The position numbers and the translations under genes were made by a program. A stretch of 64,000 bases of DNA from Microcoleus sp. (GTDB lineage Bacteria; Cyanobacteriota; Cyanobacteriia; Cyanobacteriales; Microcoleaceae): NCBI GenBank assembly GCA_052279835.1, contig CP181291.1, forward strand, positions 6,278,703-6,342,702. The letters run 5' to 3'. The notes below the pieces were generated by a model. The model made no database searches and was not told the origin of the DNA. It saw nothing but the letters and a program-made list of their open reading frames with translations. Of this stretch, positions 59,360 through 64,000 are shown one piece after another. Positions within the stretch are counted from its first letter, which is position 1. Every line of letters begins with the position of its first letter.

Positions 59360-60154
59360 ATGCTGACATTGATTCACCCAACTGCTGTGATTCATCCCCG
59401 CGCTGAACTTCACTCTACTGTAGAAGTGGGAGCTTATGCTGTAATTGGGGAAAGAGTGAAAATCGGGCCACAAACTAAGATTGGCGCTCATGCAATTATC
59501 GATGGGCTCACAGAAATAGGTGCTCGTAATCAAATTTTTCCCGGCGCAGCTATTGGTTTGGAACCTCAAGATTTAAAATATGAGGGTTCTTTAACTAGGG
59601 TGGAGATTGGCGACGATAATTTAATTCGGGAATATGTGACTATTAATCGGGCTACCCAACCTGGAGAAAGCACGACCATCGGCAATCATAATCTATTGAT
59701 GGCTTATGTTCACGTTGGTCATAATTGTTCGATCGCCGATCGAGTAATTATAGCTAATGCCGTAGCTTTGGCCGGACACGTTAAAATAGAGTCTCAGGCT
59801 CGATTGAGCGGTGTTTTGGGGGTTCACCAATTTGTCCATATCGGCCGACTGTCTATGGTGGGCGGATTGAGCAGAATCGATCGAGATGTCCCTCCTTATA
59901 TGTTAATCGAGGGGAATCCTTCGAGAGTGCGATCGCTTAACAAAATAGGTCTCCAACGGGCTGGTTTGACACCAGAAGATTTGGAACTTTTGAAGAAGAC
60001 TTTTCGGATTTTATACCGATCGGGCTATACTCTAAATCAAGCTTTGGCAGAGTTGGATTTATTACCGGAAAATCATCATTTGCAGCATCTGCGTAAATTT
60101 GTGCAAGAGTCTGTCACCAAACCCAGACGCGGTTTGATTCCAGGTAAAAAATGA
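59360..60154 (+). CDS. lpxA: UDP-N-acetylglucosamine acyltransferase
   Basis: IHPTA, PQDLKY, hexapeptide repeats, VHQF, DVPPY. Confidence 0.97.
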   Translation: MLTLIHPTAVIHPRAELHSTVEVGAYAVIGERVKIGPQTKIGAHAIIDGLTEIGARNQIFPGAAIGLEPQDLKYEGSLTRVEIGDDNLIREYVTINRATQPGESTTIGNHNLLMAYVHVGHNCSIADRVIIANAVALAGHVKIESQARLSGVLGVHQFVHIGRLSMVGGLSRIDRDVPPYMLIEGNPSRVRSLNKIGLQRAGLTPEDLELLKKTFRILYRSGYTLNQALAELDLLPENHHLQHLRKFVQESVTKPRRGLIPGKK

Positions 60155-60195
60155 ATGAGGTAGAATAAGTCTATGAACTAGGTAAATCTTTTCCT

Positions 60196-60798
60196 ATGAA
60201 TGTATACACTTTAGCAAAATCTACATCCCATGAAACAGAACAAGATGGCTCCATTATGTTCTACGATGTTAGCTGGGAGCAATTTGAAGCGATAGAAGCA
60301 GCTTTTAAAGATCTGAGGCGTGTAAAATTTTTCTATCTCGATCGAATACTGCAAATTATGACAGTCTCTCCCGAACATGAAATAATCAAGAAAACCCTCT
60401 GTATGCTGCTAGAGGCATATATGAGAGCAAATGGCATTAGATTTTATGGTAAGGGCGGGCCGACTCTGGGTGACAGAGAATTAGGGGGTAGAAAAGAGCC
60501 GGATGATTCCTATGACATAGGCACCCAAAAAACAGTCCCAGATATTGCTATCGAAGTGGTAATTACCAGTGGCGGTATAAATACTCTAGAATTATACAAA
60601 AGGTTGGGGATTCGGGAAGTCTGGTTTTGGCAAAATAGTCAGTTATCTCTCTACGATTTAAGAGGTGAAAATTATGAGCAGATTGCCAGGAGTACATTCC
60701 TTCCCAATCTGGACTTAGAATTACTACTACGCTGTGCTAATATGCCGGATCAATATGATGCTGTTACGGAGTTATTAGCCAACATCTCACCTGTTTAA
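60196..60798 (+). CDS. Uma2 family (PD-(D/E)XK) endonuclease-like protein
   Basis: SPEHE, KEPD, PDIAIEV, LGIREVW. Confidence 0.9.
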   Translation: MNVYTLAKSTSHETEQDGSIMFYDVSWEQFEAIEAAFKDLRRVKFFYLDRILQIMTVSPEHEIIKKTLCMLLEAYMRANGIRFYGKGGPTLGDRELGGRKEPDDSYDIGTQKTVPDIAIEVVITSGGINTLELYKRLGIREVWFWQNSQLSLYDLRGENYEQIARSTFLPNLDLELLLRCANMPDQYDAVTELLANISPV

Positions 60799-60807
60799 AT
60801 TCAGAAT

Positions 60808-61980
60808 ATGAAAATTTTTATTAGCACTGGTGAGGTTTCGGGCGATTTGCAAGGGGCTTTGTTAATTAGTGCCATAAAACGTCACGCAGCTACCGCTGGT
60901 TTAGAGTTAGAGATTGTCGGATTGGGCGGGCAGCGGATGGCGGAAGCTGGCGCTACTATTTTAGCCGATACTGTGGCTATTGGTTCCATGGGACTTATAG
61001 AATCAGTTCCCTATATTTGGCCAACTATCCAAGTTCAGAAAAAAGCTAAACAATACCTAAAAAATTCTCCGCCCGATGTAGTTGTATTGATTGATTATTT
61101 AACTCCAAATTTAGGCATTGGTAGCTACATCCGCCGCTGTTTGCCTTCGTTGCCGGTGCTTTGGTATATTGCTCCTCAAGAGTGGGTTTGGTCTATTTCT
61201 CCTCGCAATACTTCTTTGATTGTCAATATTTGCGATCGCATATTAGCCATTTTTCCCGAAGAAGCTACTTATTTTGAAAAAAAAGGTGCCCAAGTCAGTT
61301 GGGTTGGTCATCCTTTGGTGGATAGAATGCAGGCTGCGCCCAGTCGCGAAGTTGCCCGCAAAACTTTGGGAATTCCACCGGAACAGGTGCCAGTGGCTCT
61401 AATTCCGGCCTCCAGAGGCCAAGAGTTGAAGTACCTGATGCCTGTCATATTTGAGGCTGCTCAAATTATTCAAGCTAAATTGCCGGCAGTTCATTTCTGG
61501 ATTCCGTTGTCTCAATCTGCTTTCCGCAGCCAAATCGAAGCAGCTATTGCAGATTTTGGTTTGCGCGCTACTTTACTAGAAAATCAAACTCTGGAAATTT
61601 TGGCGGCTGCGGATCTGGCGATCGCTAAATCTGGTACTGTTAATTTGGAGTTGGCTTTGCTGGATGTTCCCCAAGTTGTCCTCTATCGCGTCAGTCGAAT
61701 TACGGCGATTATTGCCCAGTATTTGCTGAAATTTTCGATTCCTTTTATGTCTCCACCCAATTTGGTGCAAATGAAGCCGATCGTCCCTGAGTTGTTGCAA
61801 GACGAGGCGACTGCGGAAAATATAGTCTTTCACGGGCTGGAATTGCTGCAAAATGGCGATCGACGACAGCAGACTTTGGACGGTTATCGGGAAATGCGGG
61901 AACATTTGGGAGACGTGGGGGTGTGCGATCGCGCTGCTGCGGAAATTATGAAATATCTGAAATTAAACGTAGCAAATTAA
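60808..61980 (+). CDS. lpxB: Lipid-A-disaccharide synthase
   Basis: GEVSGD, APQEW, VGHPL, PASR, SGTVNLE. Confidence 0.96.
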   Translation: MKIFISTGEVSGDLQGALLISAIKRHAATAGLELEIVGLGGQRMAEAGATILADTVAIGSMGLIESVPYIWPTIQVQKKAKQYLKNSPPDVVVLIDYLTPNLGIGSYIRRCLPSLPVLWYIAPQEWVWSISPRNTSLIVNICDRILAIFPEEATYFEKKGAQVSWVGHPLVDRMQAAPSREVARKTLGIPPEQVPVALIPASRGQELKYLMPVIFEAAQIIQAKLPAVHFWIPLSQSAFRSQIEAAIADFGLRATLLENQTLEILAAADLAIAKSGTVNLELALLDVPQVVLYRVSRITAIIAQYLLKFSIPFMSPPNLVQMKPIVPELLQDEATAENIVFHGLELLQNGDRRQQTLDGYREMREHLGDVGVCDRAAAEIMKYLKLNVAN

Positions 61981-62003
61981 CATAAATTTGGTTCTAAAAG
62001 GTT

Positions 62004-63296
62004 ATGCCAAGCAATCGGAAAAAGCGACCGATCGCTGTTGATTTATTTGCAGGTGCCGGTGGCATGACACTGGGTTTTGAACAAGCAGGTTTTGATGTAC
62101 TTGCCTCTGTTGAAATTGACCCTATTCATTGTGCTACCCACCAGTTTAATTTCCCTAAGTGTTCTATTTTGTGTAAAGATGTAGCACTAATAACCGGAGC
62201 GGAAATTAGGAAAAATTCTCCCATTGGTAAGCGCCAGATAGACGTAGTGATCAGTGGTTCGCCCTGTCAAGGATTCTCGATGATGGGTAAGCGCGATGTA
62301 GATGACCCGCGCAATTCTTTAATTTTTCACTTTCAACGCTTGGTTTTGGAGCTAAAACCCAAGTTTTTTGTCATGGAAAATGTACCGGGAATCAAGGCAG
62401 GAGAACATAAGGAACTTCTGCATCTTTTAATTAGTTCTTTTATAGCATCAGGCTATCAAGTAGAAGAAAATTATCAAGTTCTCAATAGCGCTCACTACGG
62501 AGTTCCCCAAGCTCGCAAAAGATTGTTTCTCCTGGGTTCTAAGGCTGGTTGTGAATTACCAAAATATCCTCCACCGATTACTTTACTGCCCAAATTAAAT
62601 CAGAAAATCGAGCCTAGCAAGCGGAAAAGAAAAGGTAAAAATAATCCTGATTTGCCTCTTGTCCCAACAGTTCTGGAGGCCATTGGAGATTTGCCAGAAG
62701 TGGAACTATACAGCGAGTTACTGTACCGAGATTGGGTAATGGCGGAGTATGGAAAATCTAGTAACTACGCGAGTATCATGCGCGGCATTGATTCTTCAGA
62801 GGATGATTATTCCTACCCTCGCGAGTACGATAGACAAATCCTCTCTTCTAGTTGGCGCACCAAACATTCCCAGGAATGTATCGAAAGGTTTATGGCGGCA
62901 AAACACGGCGAAAAAGAGCCGATCAGCCGTTTTTACAAACTGCACCCCGACGGAGTTTGCAACACTCTCAGAGCAGGAACAGATAGGGCTAGAGGGGCTT
63001 ATACTTCGCCGAGGCCGATTCACCCCATCGCACCTCGGTGCATTACGGTTAGGGAAGCAGCGCGACTACATTCTTATCCTGACTGGTTTAGATTTCACGT
63101 CACCAAATGGCACGGTTTTCGTCAAGTCGGAAATTCTGTACCACCCCTATTAGCCAAGGCTGTGGCGGCCCAAATTATTCGTGCTTTGGGCATCGAGGTA
63201 ATTAAACCCACTGCTAAGCTGACATGGGGAGATGATGGTTTGCTAAAACTGAATTGGTTGGAAGCCGAAAAATATTATCAACATGGAGGGGGGTAG
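62004..63296 (+). CDS. C5 DNA cytosine methyltransferase, probably CGATCG (HIP1-associated) type
   Basis: DLFAGAGG, SPCQGFS, ENV, QARKR, QVGNSV; TRD CNTLRAGT..GAYTSPRPIH recalled as similar to M.Ssp6803I. Confidence 0.9.
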   Translation: MPSNRKKRPIAVDLFAGAGGMTLGFEQAGFDVLASVEIDPIHCATHQFNFPKCSILCKDVALITGAEIRKNSPIGKRQIDVVISGSPCQGFSMMGKRDVDDPRNSLIFHFQRLVLELKPKFFVMENVPGIKAGEHKELLHLLISSFIASGYQVEENYQVLNSAHYGVPQARKRLFLLGSKAGCELPKYPPPITLLPKLNQKIEPSKRKRKGKNNPDLPLVPTVLEAIGDLPEVELYSELLYRDWVMAEYGKSSNYASIMRGIDSSEDDYSYPREYDRQILSSSWRTKHSQECIERFMAAKHGEKEPISRFYKLHPDGVCNTLRAGTDRARGAYTSPRPIHPIAPRCITVREAARLHSYPDWFRFHVTKWHGFRQVGNSVPPLLAKAVAAQIIRALGIEVIKPTAKLTWGDDGLLKLNWLEAEKYYQHGGG

Positions 63297-63327
63297 ACAG
63301 GGGAAACTACCATTACAAAATGATGAT

Positions 63328-64000
63328 TTATAATCTTTCTTTCAATAAATAAGCAGGCATCCTTCCTTTACCTTTGACGGTGATTAAACCACGTTCTTGA
63401 AACTGATACTGATTTTTTAATAATAAGTAAGTAGCTTCAGTAATTTGAATTTCATCTGCTATACCGTGAGATTCCATGCGGGCCGCAGTATTTACTGTAT
63501 CTCCCCACAAATCATAAATAAACTTCTTTGTGCCGATGATTCCGGCGACAACAGGCCCGGAATGAATGCCGATACGAATGCGGAGTTCAGAGTCAATCTG
63601 TTTTCTATATTTGGCGATGGCTTTTTGCATATCCAGGGCCATTTCTGCGATCGCTTCTGCATGATCGGCTCTAGGATAGGGTAGTCCTGCTACTACCATA
63701 TAAGAGTCACCAATGGTCTTAATTTTTTCTAAACCGTGATTGTGGGCTAGTCGATCGAATTTGGAAAATATGTCGTTTAGCAAATGTACTAATGCTTTTG
63801 GGGATATGGAAGCTGAAAGTTGAGTAAAGCCCACAATATCCGCAAACATGACGGTAACTGCTGCGAATTCATCGGCAATGATACCTTCTTGTTTTTTTAA
63901 TCTTTCGGCAATTACTTCTGGTAATATATTTAGCAGCAACTTCTGGGATTTTTGTTGTTCTATTTCTAATTTTGCTAAATAATCCTGCATGGTTTGATAA
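63328..64000 (-). CDS. Class III adenylate cyclase catalytic domain (probably 5'-truncated by window edge)
   Basis: FADIVGFT, KTIGD, YDLWGDTVNTAARMES; frame stays open to the window end. Confidence 0.92.
   Translation of the reverse strand, partial: YQTMQDYLAKLEIEQQKSQKLLLNILPEVIAERLKKQEGIIADEFAAVTVMFADIVGFTQLSASISPKALVHLLNDIFSKFDRLAHNHGLEKIKTIGDSYMVVAGLPYPRADHAEAIAEMALDMQKAIAKYRKQIDSELRIRIGIHSGPVVAGIIGTKKFIYDLWGDTVNTAARMESHGIADEIQITEATYLLLKNQYQFQERGLITVKGKGRMPAYLLKERL

Noticed and set aside
60196..63296. Uma2 plus methyltransferase as a restriction-modification pair
   Set aside because: Separated by lpxB; both families commonly occur alone in cyanobacteria

Overview
Window from a filamentous cyanobacterium, probably Oscillatoriales of the Microcoleus/Tychonema type. 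This is inferred from dense HIP1 GCGATCGC octamers, heptameric tandem repeats, many palindromic MITE/REP-like elements, and the purC-bamA-lpxC-fabZ-lpxA-lpxB gene order. Housekeeping genes include plsC, nfi, glcD, purH, purC, two Omp85/BamA paralogues, lipid A genes and a HIP1-type C5 methyltransferase. Signalling genes are abundant: a PP2C / adenylate cyclase / slr1658-slr1659-like partner-switching locus with an embedded purine-type nucleoside hydrolase, two LOV proteins and several histidine kinases. There is also a two-RND efflux operon with a divergent two-component system, and an FHA-domain three-gene operon. Mobile DNA comprises a broken TnpB-related gene, two complete protein-less IS200/IS605 mini-elements with intact ends, solo ends, nested MITEs, MITEs read in frame inside a gene, and a repeat-flanked hydrophobic small ORF inside the bamA-lpxC operon. 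Three single-base homopolymer frameshifts may be sequencing errors. No rRNA, tRNA or CRISPR array was recognised. All calls come from reading motifs by eye; no searches were run.
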